A stretch of 41,699 nucleotides of DNA, taken from assembly GCA_019594305.1 (NCBI GenBank), contig JAFDTZ010000002.1, forward strand, positions 1-41,699, in the 5' to 3' direction. Position 1 is the first letter of the stretch. Each line of letters begins with the position of its first letter. Positions 1 through 9,760 of the stretch are shown here, piece after piece. The stretch is from Thermoplasmata archaeon (GTDB lineage: Archaea > Thermoplasmatota > Thermoplasmata > Halarchaeoplasmatales > Halarchaeoplasmataceae). The notes under the pieces were generated by a model. It was given only the letters and a program-made list of their open reading frames with translations. It was not told where the DNA came from and ran no database searches. A program made the position numbers and the translations under genes.

Positions 1-1
1 G

Positions 2-1567
2 TTAACACCGAACGGAAATATTATTGGTAATACGATTATTGGGGCCGATCGGGGCATCCGTGTTCACTCTTCGGACTATATCACCATAGAGAACAATTTT
101 GTTAGTTCTTCGGAATACACTGGACTAGAACTCAGTGCATCTATTGGTACAATAATAAATAACAATACATTAGTAAATAATCGGGGTGGATTTTTTGCAA
201 CGTATTCTGACGAGAATATCTTCATGGAGAATAAAATCTATGATAATGAACTCCGAGGCATCGGTTTATACTATAGTAATTATAATCTCATACACGATAA
301 TCAAATTTTAGGTCACAGCACTTATGGAATAGAATTTTACGCCTCTATAGGCAATACAGTGAAAAATAATACTATCTTTGATAATGATATAGCGGGTTTC
401 AATGTGGATGTAGAACCCGGTGGAGGTTCATCTTCACGAGACAATTTGATCTACAACAACGACTTCATCGAGAACGGACAACATGTGATCAACAGAGGAG
501 ACAACCATTACTACAACGAATCAGAATCACTCGGTAATTACTGGTCGGACTACGAGGAGATGTATCCTGATGCGCAGGAGATAAACGGCATCTGGGATAC
601 GCCTTACGAAGGCGACGAAGTCGTCCCCTTTACCGACGAATATCCTCAGGTCGAACCCGGTGTACCGTACATAAACATATCGCATCCCGAAGACGGTGCG
701 GTGATCACGGAGCCGGGGCTGACGGTGAGCTGGACCGGTAGATATCGGTATGAAGAGGAATTGGAGTACGAAGTCAGGCTTAACGATGGACCGTGGGAAA
801 ACGTAGGTGTTGATACAGACTTCGACATCATCTTTTCGGAACCCGGAGATCATCTTTTCGAAGTCAGAGTTGCCAACGTTTTGACAGAACACGTGGGAGG
901 CACTGTTGAATTCACGGTCGATATCGAATCCGAGATACTCGTGAGGAACTTCACGGTCGAACCCCTGGAAGGCGTCGAGCCTTTGGAAGTCAGCATAACA
1001 GCGGAGCTGGAAAACATCGGCGACATCGACGACGATATCGTACTTCATATCGGAGAGACAGCGAACATCACTTTTTCGGTAGTCGCCGGTGAAACAGTGT
1101 ACGTAGATGAGAGCTACGTGTTCGATGCGGCCGGTACTTACACGATAGCACTGGGTGGTAGATCCGCTACGGTGACTGTAAGCCGCAGCGAACCGGAGAT
1201 ACTGGTGAATGATCTCACTGTCGAACCCCTGGAAGGCGTCGAGCCTTTAGAAGTTAGTATTACGGCAGAGCTGGAGAATGTCGGCGGTGTAGCCGGTGAA
1301 ATCTCCCTTTACATCGGTGGAGCTGTGCACGGAACGTGGACGGTCGCGGCTGGCGAAACCGTTTACATAGATGAAAGCCACGTGTTCGATGAGGCAGGCA
1401 ACTACACTATAGAGCTAGGTGATGAAAGCGCGGTGGTCGCAGTTGACGAAAAGCCTGACGACCCCGGTGCTAACACAACACTACTACTGATAATCGTGAT
1501 CGCAGCGGCAGCATCGGTTATGATCGCATCGTACTATATCCGTACCAAACGAGAAGACCAAAAGTAG
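2..1567 (+). CDS. Surface or secreted right-handed parallel beta-helix (PbH1/NosD-like) repeat protein, 5'-truncated by the window edge. It has two Ig/CARDB-like repeats and a C-terminal membrane anchor.
   Basis: The frame of the listed ORF (224..1567) stays open back to nt 2 (LTPNGNIIGNTIIGADRGIRVHSSDYITIENN...), so the gene enters from the left. It shows reiterated N-x-I-x-x-N and G-I-x-L beta-helix repeat motifs. Two 88-aa repeats follow. The C-terminus is the hydrophobic helix TLLLIIVIAAAASVMIASYYI followed by RTKREDQK. Confidence 0.6.
   Translation, partial: LTPNGNIIGNTIIGADRGIRVHSSDYITIENNFVSSSEYTGLELSASIGTIINNNTLVNNRGGFFATYSDENIFMENKIYDNELRGIGLYYSNYNLIHDNQILGHSTYGIEFYASIGNTVKNNTIFDNDIAGFNVDVEPGGGSSSRDNLIYNNDFIENGQHVINRGDNHYYNESESLGNYWSDYEEMYPDAQEINGIWDTPYEGDEVVPFTDEYPQVEPGVPYINISHPEDGAVITEPGLTVSWTGRYRYEEELEYEVRLNDGPWENVGVDTDFDIIFSEPGDHLFEVRVANVLTEHVGGTVEFTVDIESEILVRNFTVEPLEGVEPLEVSITAELENIGDIDDDIVLHIGETANITFSVVAGETVYVDESYVFDAAGTYTIALGGRSATVTVSRSEPEILVNDLTVEPLEGVEPLEVSITAELENVGGVAGEISLYIGGAVHGTWTVAAGETVYIDESHVFDEAGNYTIELGDESAVVAVDEKPDDPGANTTLLLIIVIAAAASVMIASYYIRTKREDQK
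932..1459 (+). repeat. In-frame tandem duplication (2 x 264 bp) encoding two CARDB-like domains
   Basis: Unit 1 is 932..1195 and unit 2 is 1196..1459. Both begin EILV..(F/L)TVEPLEGVEPLEVSITAELEN(I/V)G. The DNA of the first ~70 nt of each unit is nearly identical (gtcgaacccctggaaggcgtcgagccttt...). Confidence 0.85.
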
Positions 1568-1660
1568 AAAAAAACACCGTGTTCTAGAAACACATCAGAT
1601 CTATATCGCCCTTGAGGTAGCTACCGTACATCTGGTGTTACAGTACATAAAGCATCAACT

Positions 1661-2350
1661 TTAAAACAATTTTTTCTGCTCGTCCAGTTCAGGGTAGTGT
1701 ACTCTCTCCAGTGCCTCTGGCTCATCTCCGTGCCTCCCCACAGGCCACCCCTCCATCTCATCTTCAGGGTACGGTACCAGCATCTCTTTGATATCATCTT
1801 TTGATAGTCCTTCACTTAACCATCTTTTTTCAGTGGCCCGTTTCAATATCACGGGCATCCGTTTCTTTGTATTGTGTATCTCCGCCACCAGTGAGTTGGC
1901 ATCGGTGGTTATTATAGAAAAAGTATCATGGCTTTCCCACCTGTCCCATATACCGGCCATACCGAAAGGATCACCACTCTTTAACCGTAGGTAGTAGGGA
2001 TATCTTCGTCCACCGCGATGGTGCCATTCGAAGAATCCGTCGGCTATCACGATACACCTTCTCTTACGTACGGGAACCCTGAAGGAAGGCGTCTCGAATA
2101 TGTTCTCCGCCCTGGCGTTGAAAGTCATCTTCCTTATGGTTTCCGCCTTCTCCGTATCCTTTACCCAGAAAGGTATCAGCCCCCATTCGAGAGATCGTAT
2201 TTTATCTTCTTCCACCATCACCGGCATCCCAGGGAATTCAAAAGCCCATGCGTTGTAAGTCCTTTGGAACCCATCTCTGTTTGAAAATACTGCGTCGAAC
2301 CGCTTTCCAAGTTCTTCGGGTTCCTGGTTTACCGAGTAGTTGAAACACAT
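1661..2350 (-). CDS. SOS-response associated peptidase (SRAP / YedK / HMCES family; abasic-site DNA-protein crosslink)
   Basis: Motifs seen are WGLIPFW, NARAE, RRCIVIADGFFEW and H.RMPVIL. The family needs Cys at position 2, so the start is set at the internal Met of MCFNYS (2350) rather than ORF-track 2362. This also removes the overlap with the upstream gene. Confidence 0.75.
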   Translation of the reverse strand: MCFNYSVNQEPEELGKRFDAVFSNRDGFQRTYNAWAFEFPGMPVMVEEDKIRSLEWGLIPFWVKDTEKAETIRKMTFNARAENIFETPSFRVPVRKRRCIVIADGFFEWHHRGGRRYPYYLRLKSGDPFGMAGIWDRWESHDTFSIITTDANSLVAEIHNTKKRMPVILKRATEKRWLSEGLSKDDIKEMLVPYPEDEMEGWPVGRHGDEPEALERVHYPELDEQKKLF

Positions 2351-2352
2351 GT

Positions 2353-2688
2353 TCACTCGCAACAGCAGTCACAGGTTAGTTCATGAATCAACCGTATAGT
2401 CTCCTCGTCACCGTGTTTATTCCTGTATGCAAGAATTCCCGCTCGAATGACAGCATTTATCGGGCCCTCGTCAGGGTCGTACCTTTCCATGAAGTCGTTA
2501 CAGGGAAAATCGTCGCATTCGCCGCAGTGCCGCAGTCCTTTATTTTCGGTACATGTGTATGTCTTACAATCTCCCCAAAAGGGCCTGCCTTCAACCTCGG
2601 TACAGCCCTTGCAAAGTGGCTCTTTCTTCCCTTGGAACCAGTCACAGTCGTCGCAAACTATTCCGCACGGTGAGAATATATTTACCAT
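2353..2688 (-). CDS. Cysteine-rich metal-binding protein (DUF3795-like)
   Basis: The 111-aa product has many Cys arranged as CxxC and CxxxC pairs (CGIVCDDC, CKGC, CGECDDFPC) and ends in CDCCC. Its stop lies 2 nt from the SRAP start. The family assignment is from memory of Cys spacing only. Confidence 0.4.
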   Translation of the reverse strand: MVNIFSPCGIVCDDCDWFQGKKEPLCKGCTEVEGRPFWGDCKTYTCTENKGLRHCGECDDFPCNDFMERYDPDEGPINAVIRAGILAYRNKHGDEETIRLIHELTCDCCCE

Positions 2689-2752
2689 GGTATAGTTTAG
2701 ATTCTTATACGTATATAATCCTTTACATCTAGGTGATATTTCACCGCAGGTT

Positions 2753-4552
2753 TCAACCGGCCTGTATCTCTTTGCCGCCCTTTATAGCGTCGAGTAATAC
2801 TTCTCCGGCCTGGGTGTTCTTTCTTATCTTTATATAGCCGTCACTACCGACTGTAGCGGTGGTCAGATAATAACCATCTGCAAGTATATCTACGGTGTCT
2901 CCGGACATATGGGTGCCGATGTATAGCACAACTTTATCCGCCTCCTCCGAAACGTTTACGGACGTTGAGTCCGAAGAATGGTCTCGCTCTTCCAGGGCCC
3001 TAACATCGATGTCAACCCCTAGGTCGTCCTCTATGGCCCTTATCCGTTTGCCTCCGCTTCCCAGGATCGCGGGGATCTGTGATTCTTCTACATATATGGT
3101 AACTCTTTCTTCCGAATCCACATTGCACGCCACTCTACCCCGTATGTACCTCCCGATATCCTCCTCGATGAAGCGGGTGGCCAGCTCCCACAGAGGCTTC
3201 TGTTCTGCCGTCTCTTTGACAGGCATGACCACTACCTGCTCGCCATAGGAGTAAACTTCGTATTCCGTAACATCGTTTTCGAAATTCTTAACCTCGATAA
3301 CCGGTCTGGCTAGGTCCTGTTCTACCATGCCAGCCGGTACTTTAACTGTAAATGTGATATCGTAAACCTTGGCCACTTCTCCGGCGTCGACGAATATCAC
3401 CGTATCTACCACTTGGGGGACCATTCCAAGTTCTACACGTCCTATCAGCCTCTGCAGAGCGTCTATACCTCTGTTTGCATGGGTAACACCCACCATACCC
3501 ACACCAGCCAGTCGCATGTCTGCGAACACCTTAAAGTCCGGTGTCTTTCGTACTTCGTCGAATATCGTGTAATCCGGTCTAACCAGTAGAAGCAGGTCGG
3601 CGGTGTTCTCCAGCGAACCGTCGAGATCGGTGTACTGTGTGATATCGTCAGGCACCTGAAGGTCCCGGGGTTTCTCCATGGTCTTTACCACGTATTCGTT
3701 TTCCATAAGATATATGGCAACAGCCTGAGCCAGTGTACTCTTTCCCGCACCCGGGGAACCAGCCAGTAAAACACCGCGCTTTTTCTCAGTGATCCTCTTC
3801 TTAAGGGCTTCCGAAAGGCGGTAATCGTCAAGAGGTATGACTGCCACCGGTCTTGCAGCGGTTATCTCGAATCCGTCCGAAAAAGGCGGCCGGGCGATGA
3901 CTATGCGCATATCTCTAAGCTGTACCACCGTAGCTCCCCCTCTGTCCAATTCGATAAAACCGTTGGGCGCCCTTTTTGTCCTTTCGACTATCTCGTGGGC
4001 TACCTGCCTGAGTTCATTCTCATGGGATATTTGCTCGTCGATCACTTCCATCCTGAGATCCCCGGGCGTGCCTCTTTTCGCCCTGGGTTTTGTGCCTACC
4101 CGCAGATGAACCGACATAACGTCTTCCTCGAAATATTCTGATATCCATTTCACTTCTCCTTCTGACTCCGGCGGCAGATAATGGACTGCGATCCCTTTGG
4201 CCTTGGCTATCTGGGCCTGCACTATATCGCTAGTGAGCAATTCCGCTTCTTCTTCTGCCGCAAGGTCCCTGACCATGGAGTCTATCTCTCCGCTGTGTGC
4301 CATCATTATCTCTTCATAAGAAGGTCTTTCACCCTTGAACACCAGTACGAGTTTTCCTTTTTCGTGCATTTCTCTCAGTATGGCCAGCTCTTCCAGCCCG
4401 CTGATACCGGTTTCCTTTCCTTTATTTGCCTGGCCTTCCAACTCGGCTACCACGGCTTCGGAAACTATGACCTCCGTAGCTTCTACATCTTCACCCACAT
4501 GGCTTCTTACACGCCCATCGACTATAACGCTGGTATCCGGAACTATCTTCAT
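2753..4552 (-). CDS. PIN domain - P-loop ATPase - KH domain protein (archaeal PilT-family ATPase, COG1855-like)
   Basis: The N-terminus is PIN-like ([14 protein letters not shown]). A Walker A motif GSPGAGKST is present, with a Walker B-like YTIFDE. The C-terminus has a KH-like [15 protein letters not shown]. Confidence 0.7.
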   Translation of the reverse strand: MKIVPDTSVIVDGRVRSHVGEDVEATEVIVSEAVVAELEGQANKGKETGISGLEELAILREMHEKGKLVLVFKGERPSYEEIMMAHSGEIDSMVRDLAAEEEAELLTSDIVQAQIAKAKGIAVHYLPPESEGEVKWISEYFEEDVMSVHLRVGTKPRAKRGTPGDLRMEVIDEQISHENELRQVAHEIVERTKRAPNGFIELDRGGATVVQLRDMRIVIARPPFSDGFEITAARPVAVIPLDDYRLSEALKKRITEKKRGVLLAGSPGAGKSTLAQAVAIYLMENEYVVKTMEKPRDLQVPDDITQYTDLDGSLENTADLLLLVRPDYTIFDEVRKTPDFKVFADMRLAGVGMVGVTHANRGIDALQRLIGRVELGMVPQVVDTVIFVDAGEVAKVYDITFTVKVPAGMVEQDLARPVIEVKNFENDVTEYEVYSYGEQVVVMPVKETAEQKPLWELATRFIEEDIGRYIRGRVACNVDSEERVTIYVEESQIPAILGSGGKRIRAIEDDLGVDIDVRALEERDHSSDSTSVNVSEEADKVVLYIGTHMSGDTVDILADGYYLTTATVGSDGYIKIRKNTQAGEVLLDAIKGGKEIQAG

Positions 4553-4597
4553 GATTACAAATTCATCTGGGATATATAAAAATCTTTTCTGTATGCG

Positions 4598-5539
4598 TTA
4601 CCGCAGATCCGGAAGCAGTGTGACTAGGGCCCATAAAGCACCCATGATACCGATGCAGATAAAAACTACGTTCAATCCGATGAATATGAGAGAAAGGCCT
4701 ATCAACACCGGTGCAAGCGTCATCCCCACGTATTTCATCGTGTTGAATACCGCTACAACGGAGCCGGTAAGATCCGGCGGGGCTAATCGGGTGACCCGAT
4801 CATATATCGTAGGTGATACGATTCCCATGCCTATTCCGTACAAGATAAAACTGAGGCTGACCATATAGCTTCCCGTTGGCCAGTATGGTAACGTTAGGAA
4901 GCATATGCTTATGGAAGCGAATCCCAAAGATGCACGCCGTCGCCAGTTTAGATAGGTGGCGATAGAGCTGGCCTTGGCTGCAAGGATGGCAGAGAAGAAA
5001 GCCTGGCCCGCTAAGGCGATCCCACTGAATATTTCGTCGAAGCCGTGAATTTGAATTAGATACAACGGCAAATATGTCACCAGGGCGTAAAGGAAGAAAA
5101 ATAGTATCATTGAATGGATCATTATGTTACGTACTTTTTTTATCTTCAAGGTGTAAAGTAAAGAAGATGCGTACTCCCTGGCCGAACCCTTTCCTCTTTT
5201 TCTTCGATCCGGCGCATTTCCTGTCTCCGGAAGAAAAAGGTACAGTAAAACAGCCAATCCTATGGACAATCCGTAAACTGCAAAGACCAGTTTCCAGTGT
5301 ATGGAAGCTCCCAAAGTATCGATGTAATAGCCTATAACAGGAAGGCTGATGGCGGCGGCGAGAGTGTACACACTGAGTATAAGACCTATGTGCTCGGGAT
5401 GCGCATCGAAGGCCGCACCGATGGTAGGAAGTCCGGGGGCTACAAGCCCTCCGCCCATGACACCGAAGGCACCCATGATCAGAAGGATCACAACAACGAA
5501 CTTAGGAAAATTCCCTCTATCATACCTCAAAAGGCCCAC
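4598..5539 (-). CDS. MFS-type permease lacking the TM3-TM5 region (possibly decayed)
   Basis: By eye there are about 9 hydrophobic helices. TM1-TM2 are followed directly by a TM6-like helix ending LPE, then the cytoplasmic loop and a complete six-helix C-terminal half. The product is only 313 aa. Confidence 0.55.
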   Translation of the reverse strand: MGLLRYDRGNFPKFVVVILLIMGAFGVMGGGLVAPGLPTIGAAFDAHPEHIGLILSVYTLAAAISLPVIGYYIDTLGASIHWKLVFAVYGLSIGLAVLLYLFLPETGNAPDRRKRGKGSAREYASSLLYTLKIKKVRNIMIHSMILFFFLYALVTYLPLYLIQIHGFDEIFSGIALAGQAFFSAILAAKASSIATYLNWRRRASLGFASISICFLTLPYWPTGSYMVSLSFILYGIGMGIVSPTIYDRVTRLAPPDLTGSVVAVFNTMKYVGMTLAPVLIGLSLIFIGLNVVFICIGIMGALWALVTLLPDLR

Positions 5540-5731
5540 ACCTTATCTTCTGACGAATACATGTTATTAGATGTGTGAGATATTACGGAGAGAAATAAAA
5601 TTTCCTATCTGTTTCAATGACCCCGATGAACTTGATCCCCTCAGTTGAATGCTTATTATTACTGAAGAAAGCGTCATCATCGGTGAAAATTTAAATAGGC
5701 TCCTTAGTGTATCTTCCACCGAGGTAAAAAG

Positions 5732-6934
5732 ATGAATGCATTTCACACGGCCTCGGAAGATGATATACGTAAGGGAAGGACGACGGATGTATACTTCAAA
5801 AACGCCATGAAGATATTTGAGGCAAAGGGGTTGGGGGGCGAAAGTGTGGTAGCGGAATTCACAACCACATCGCTCCCGGAGGACGGAACGTGGGGTGTGT
5901 TCGTGGGCTTGGACGATGTACTCTCTCTCTTGGAAGGGCTACCGGTAGACCTCTATTCCCTCCCGGAAGGCACCATATTCAGACCCAGGGATACGCAGGG
6001 TGTGCTCACACCCGTTATGTTCCTAGAGGGTCCTTACAAAGAGTTCTGCATCTATGAAACCCCCTTGCTCGGGTTTATATGTCACCCCTCGGGCATCACC
6101 ACTAAAGCGGCCCGTGTTAAAAAAGCAGCTGGCGACGCCGGTGTAATGTCATTCGGTATTAGGAGGATGCACCCGGCCATAGCACCATCCATAGACCGCT
6201 CGGCTTACGTAGGCGGATGTGATGCTATCTCGTGTATAGCCGGGGCCGAAGAAGTGGGCGTGGAGCCCACGGGAACAATGCCCCATTCACTTACGATAAT
6301 ATTCGGATCCCCTGAAGATGCTTTTAGAGCCTACCATGAGGTGCTCCCTGAAGATATTAAACGTATAGCCTTGGTAGATACCTATCATGATGAAACTCTT
6401 GAAACCTTCATGGCATCGGAAGCCGTCGGCGATAAGTTGTACGGTGTGAGGCTTGACACGCCCTCATCCCGAAGAGGTGATTTGATCAAGATAGTACAGG
6501 AGGTAAAGTGGGAGATGGAGGTAAGAGGTATCGATGCGACTATAATCACCTCCGGTGGGATGAACGAATACAACATTCCGCCTTTAAAGAAGGCCGGTGT
6601 AACTTCTTTCGGTGTGGGTACCAGCGTTTCAAACGCGCGCACCATCAACTTTGCAATGGACATCGTTGAAAAAGAAGGAGAACCGGCTGCTAAAAGGGGT
6701 AAATTCAGCGGAAAAAAGAAAGTTTTCAGATGTCCCGAATGCCTCGCATACAAAAACCTTCCATGGAACACCACGGCCGCCCCGACTTGCACCTGCGGCG
6801 TAGAGATGGAACCGATGCTGAAAAGATACTTGAGAAAGGGCGTCCCCACTAAAGAGAGACCCCCGGTCTCCGAACTGAGGAATAAACAGCTCTTACAACT
6901 CGCAAAGGCGGAGGCACCATGGTTGGAAGGTTAA
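5732..6934 (+). CDS. pncB: Nicotinate phosphoribosyltransferase, archaeal type II PRTase with a C-terminal zinc ribbon
   Basis: The N-terminus has RTTDVYF. The length (~400 aa) and overall pattern match archaeal NAPRTase. The C-terminus reads CPEC...CTCG. The neighbouring nicotinamidase gene supports the call. GAGGT lies 7 nt upstream of the ATG. Confidence 0.7.
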   Translation: MNAFHTASEDDIRKGRTTDVYFKNAMKIFEAKGLGGESVVAEFTTTSLPEDGTWGVFVGLDDVLSLLEGLPVDLYSLPEGTIFRPRDTQGVLTPVMFLEGPYKEFCIYETPLLGFICHPSGITTKAARVKKAAGDAGVMSFGIRRMHPAIAPSIDRSAYVGGCDAISCIAGAEEVGVEPTGTMPHSLTIIFGSPEDAFRAYHEVLPEDIKRIALVDTYHDETLETFMASEAVGDKLYGVRLDTPSSRRGDLIKIVQEVKWEMEVRGIDATIITSGGMNEYNIPPLKKAGVTSFGVGTSVSNARTINFAMDIVEKEGEPAAKRGKFSGKKKVFRCPECLAYKNLPWNTTAAPTCTCGVEMEPMLKRYLRKGVPTKERPPVSELRNKQLLQLAKAEAPWLEG

Positions 6935-6967
6935 TGGCAGAAAATAAAGTAAATACATTACTAAGAG

Positions 6968-7516
6968 TTGGATAATATGGCGGTAGGAATACTGGTACTC
7001 GATATGATCACAGATTTCGTCTACGGTACATTAGCCAGCGAAGGAGCCGAAAAGATCGTACCCGAACTTGAAGAATTACTTCGTGCGGCACGGGAAAACG
7101 AGCACACGATAATCTTCTGCAGAGACAGCCATTCCAATTCTGACCCGGAGATACATCTCTGGGGTGAGCATGCGATGGCCGGTGAAGAAGGGTCACAGGT
7201 AATACCCGAATTGTCCGAGTACCACGAACTCGACGTAACTAAAAGATACTACGACGCATTCTACGAGACAGACCTACATAAGGTACTCAAAGAAAATTCT
7301 ATAGATACGGTGGTTCTAACAGGAGTATCGACGGATATCTGCGTTTTACACACGGCCGCGGGAGCCTTCTTTCGAGGACTTGACGTGATCATCGTGAGTG
7401 ATTGCACCGCGTCGTTGGGTGCGGACAGACACGAAAGTGCTCTGGAGTACATGGAGAATATGTACGGAGCCGATATAGTAGAATCAAAAGAGCTGCAAAA
7501 GGGATGGAAATCTTAA
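6968..7516 (+). CDS. pncA: Nicotinamidase / isochorismatase-family hydrolase
   Basis: Motifs seen are LVLDMITDF (catalytic Asp region), a Lys region (DVTKRYYDAF) and VVLTGVSTDICVLHTA (catalytic Cys). ORF-track start 6968 is TTG; an ATG at 6977 is an equally likely start. Confidence 0.7.
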   Translation: MDNMAVGILVLDMITDFVYGTLASEGAEKIVPELEELLRAARENEHTIIFCRDSHSNSDPEIHLWGEHAMAGEEGSQVIPELSEYHELDVTKRYYDAFYETDLHKVLKENSIDTVVLTGVSTDICVLHTAAGAFFRGLDVIIVSDCTASLGADRHESALEYMENMYGADIVESKELQKGWKS

Positions 7517-7529
7517 ATGTCCTGAGGTA

Positions 7530-8873
7530 TTACTCCAAGGGGCATTTAGTGGATGTCCATCCTTCAATTCCTCCGAGTATAACGTTCAGTTCGCTCCAAC
7601 CTTCTCTTTTTAACAAACTAGCAGCTATCATGGACCTTAGGCCGCTTCCGCAGAATATGTAGATATCTTTATCTTTCGGTATCTTGTCCTTATCTTTAGG
7701 GATATTGGTTATGTGGATATGATCCGCTCCTTCTATCTCACCACTTTCTTTCAATTCTCCCGCTCCTCGTACATCCAGTATCCAGGCTTCCTTTCCACTA
7801 TCGAGTTGACGGCAAAAGCTCTGTACGGTTATAGTGTTTACCGAACAACTCATCCTACCGGAACTGTGCCATGCCAGCATACCTCCCGAGAGAGATCCAA
7901 CCACATTGTCGTATCCGATCCGTTTTAGGTAGGTAACCGCCCTGGAGACATCTTGGCTAACAAGTATAATCGGTTTATCGTATTGTAAAAACCAACCTGC
8001 ATAGCTGGGTACTCCATTCAACCATATCGATAAGGCATCTGGTACATGGGCCGCACCGAAGCCGAGTTCGTCCCGGGTATCAAGTATTATCGATCTTTTC
8101 GCCTCTTCTTCGAACTCCGCCGGATTCATTCGTCTAAGACGTAAAGGCTCCGACGGCGTACCTTGAAGATTCATCTCTTCCATCTTTGCAAAATAAGGTG
8201 GATATTCTCTCATAAATGCAACTTTTTTGATGAATTCATCACGGTCTACCACCTGTAATTTCGGATTCCGCTCTTTTTCGATACCTACGGTTGTCCATTC
8301 TCTATCCGCTATACTCTCCCCGCAGGCGGAACCCGCGCCATGGGCGGGACAAATTATCACACCGTCGCCCAAAGGCAGTATCTTACTGAATATGGAATCA
8401 TATAATTTGGAGGCCATCTCTCTTAGCCTTTCCTTTCCGTAAAAGTCCACCCTTCCTACATCACCGGCGAAGAGTGCGTCACCGGTGAATATTATCCAGG
8501 GCTCTCCATCGAGGTCGTAAAGTAGATAACTCAAACTACCCAAGGTATGCCCCGGGGTGTGCACGGCCTCCAAGGTTAATCTGCCGACCCTCCATCTCTG
8601 TCCCTCCTTAACCAACTTCCCGTATCCGTAGTCCAGTTCTTTTTCAGTGTGCCATATTTTGGCACCGGTTCCGGTATGCAATTCATAGGAACCTATGACA
8701 TAATCTTCGTTCCTATGAGTCTCGAATATATCCGTTATTGTCATACCCTCTCTCTCCGCTATCTCGATGTAGTGTTCAACGTCCCTTCTGGGGTCGATAA
8801 CTACAGCCTGATCCCCGTCGCCGATAAGGTATGAATAGTGAGCCAAACCATCCGATTCTATTCTTTCTAACAT
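7530..8873 (-). CDS. Metallo-beta-lactamase-fold hydrolase fused to two rhodanese domains (persulfide dioxygenase / sulfurtransferase-like)
   Basis: The MBL core shows HTPGHT, GDALF and PAHG. The first rhodanese domain has no active-site Cys. The second carries the loop FCGSGLRS. Confidence 0.7.
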   Translation of the reverse strand: MLERIESDGLAHYSYLIGDGDQAVVIDPRRDVEHYIEIAEREGMTITDIFETHRNEDYVIGSYELHTGTGAKIWHTEKELDYGYGKLVKEGQRWRVGRLTLEAVHTPGHTLGSLSYLLYDLDGEPWIIFTGDALFAGDVGRVDFYGKERLREMASKLYDSIFSKILPLGDGVIICPAHGAGSACGESIADREWTTVGIEKERNPKLQVVDRDEFIKKVAFMREYPPYFAKMEEMNLQGTPSEPLRLRRMNPAEFEEEAKRSIILDTRDELGFGAAHVPDALSIWLNGVPSYAGWFLQYDKPIILVSQDVSRAVTYLKRIGYDNVVGSLSGGMLAWHSSGRMSCSVNTITVQSFCRQLDSGKEAWILDVRGAGELKESGEIEGADHIHITNIPKDKDKIPKDKDIYIFCGSGLRSMIAASLLKREGWSELNVILGGIEGWTSTKCPLE

Positions 8874-8990
8874 GGTACTTCCGCCTTATTTACGTAGCTT
8901 TAATTAACATAAAAAATTTTCTACAAAAAAATAATGTCATAAAGTGGTGTCGAATCGGCTACACGGACCAGGGTGCCGTGGTTCTTGGCT

Positions 8991-9003
8991 AAAGATATAA
9001 ATA
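8991..9003 (+). promoter_or_regulatory. Putative TATA box of msrA (leaderless-type spacing)
   Basis: The sequence aaagatataaata is centred ~30 nt upstream of the ATG at 9027, and no Shine-Dalgarno motif lies between them. Confidence 0.35.
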
Positions 9004-9026
9004 CGATCGAACCCCGGTATTTAAAG

Positions 9027-9701
9027 ATGATTTTCAATAACCCTTCGCTTATCACCGGAGACATACCGGCACTGGACAGAACTAATTTAAGTGAAACAAA
9101 GACAGCCACCTTTTCAATGGGATGTTTCTGGGGTCCCGATGCACTCTTCGGTGCACTACCGGGTGTGGTGAGGACCAGGGTGGGCTATGCGGGTGGAAAG
9201 GAAAGTTCCCCTACATACCGTAACCTGGGCGGTCATACGGAAACTATCCAGTTGGATTACTATCCCGAAGTGATAGGCTACGTCGAGCTGCTGGATACGT
9301 TCCTGAACAATCACGATGTGACCAGTAACATGTCCACACAGTATCGTTCCATGATATTTTATCACCACGAGGAACAGGCTTCACTTGCCTTCAAGACGAA
9401 GGAAGAAGATCCCTCTATGGCCACCATCATAAGGCGGTATTCGCTCTTTCACCTTGCTGAAGACTATCATCAAAAGTACCATCTATCGACGAATAGATCA
9501 CTCTATAAAGCCTTCAGAAGTATCTACCCCGAGATGAAGGATTTCGTGTACTCCACCGCGGTAGCCAGGGCCAACGGGTACGTATCCGGATACGGCGAAA
9601 TCTCCTCGGAAGGCGAGCTGGAGGCCCTGGGCCTGAACGAAACAGGCGGAAGACTGATATATGAGATATGGAGGCGGGCATCCCCGGCATGTTCCCCATG
9701 A
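9027..9701 (+). CDS. msrA: Peptide-methionine (S)-S-oxide reductase
   Basis: The GCFWG active-site motif (FSMGCFWGPDALFG) and DYHQKY are present. The start is moved from the ORF-track GTG at 8973 to the in-frame ATG at 9027, which sits ~25-30 nt downstream of a TATA-like box. Confidence 0.8.
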   Translation: MIFNNPSLITGDIPALDRTNLSETKTATFSMGCFWGPDALFGALPGVVRTRVGYAGGKESSPTYRNLGGHTETIQLDYYPEVIGYVELLDTFLNNHDVTSNMSTQYRSMIFYHHEEQASLAFKTKEEDPSMATIIRRYSLFHLAEDYHQKYHLSTNRSLYKAFRSIYPEMKDFVYSTAVARANGYVSGYGEISSEGELEALGLNETGGRLIYEIWRRASPACSP

Positions 9702-9760
9702 CCTGTTATTTCAAAACCGGAGAACATAACGTTTAAAACAAACCTGTCACATCCGTATCC

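Noticed and set aside
8973-9026. A GTG start extends msrA by 18 codons.
   Set aside because: The extension would begin inside the TATA-like element. The ATG at 9027 has leaderless-type spacing to that element and still precedes the GCFWG active site by a normal distance.
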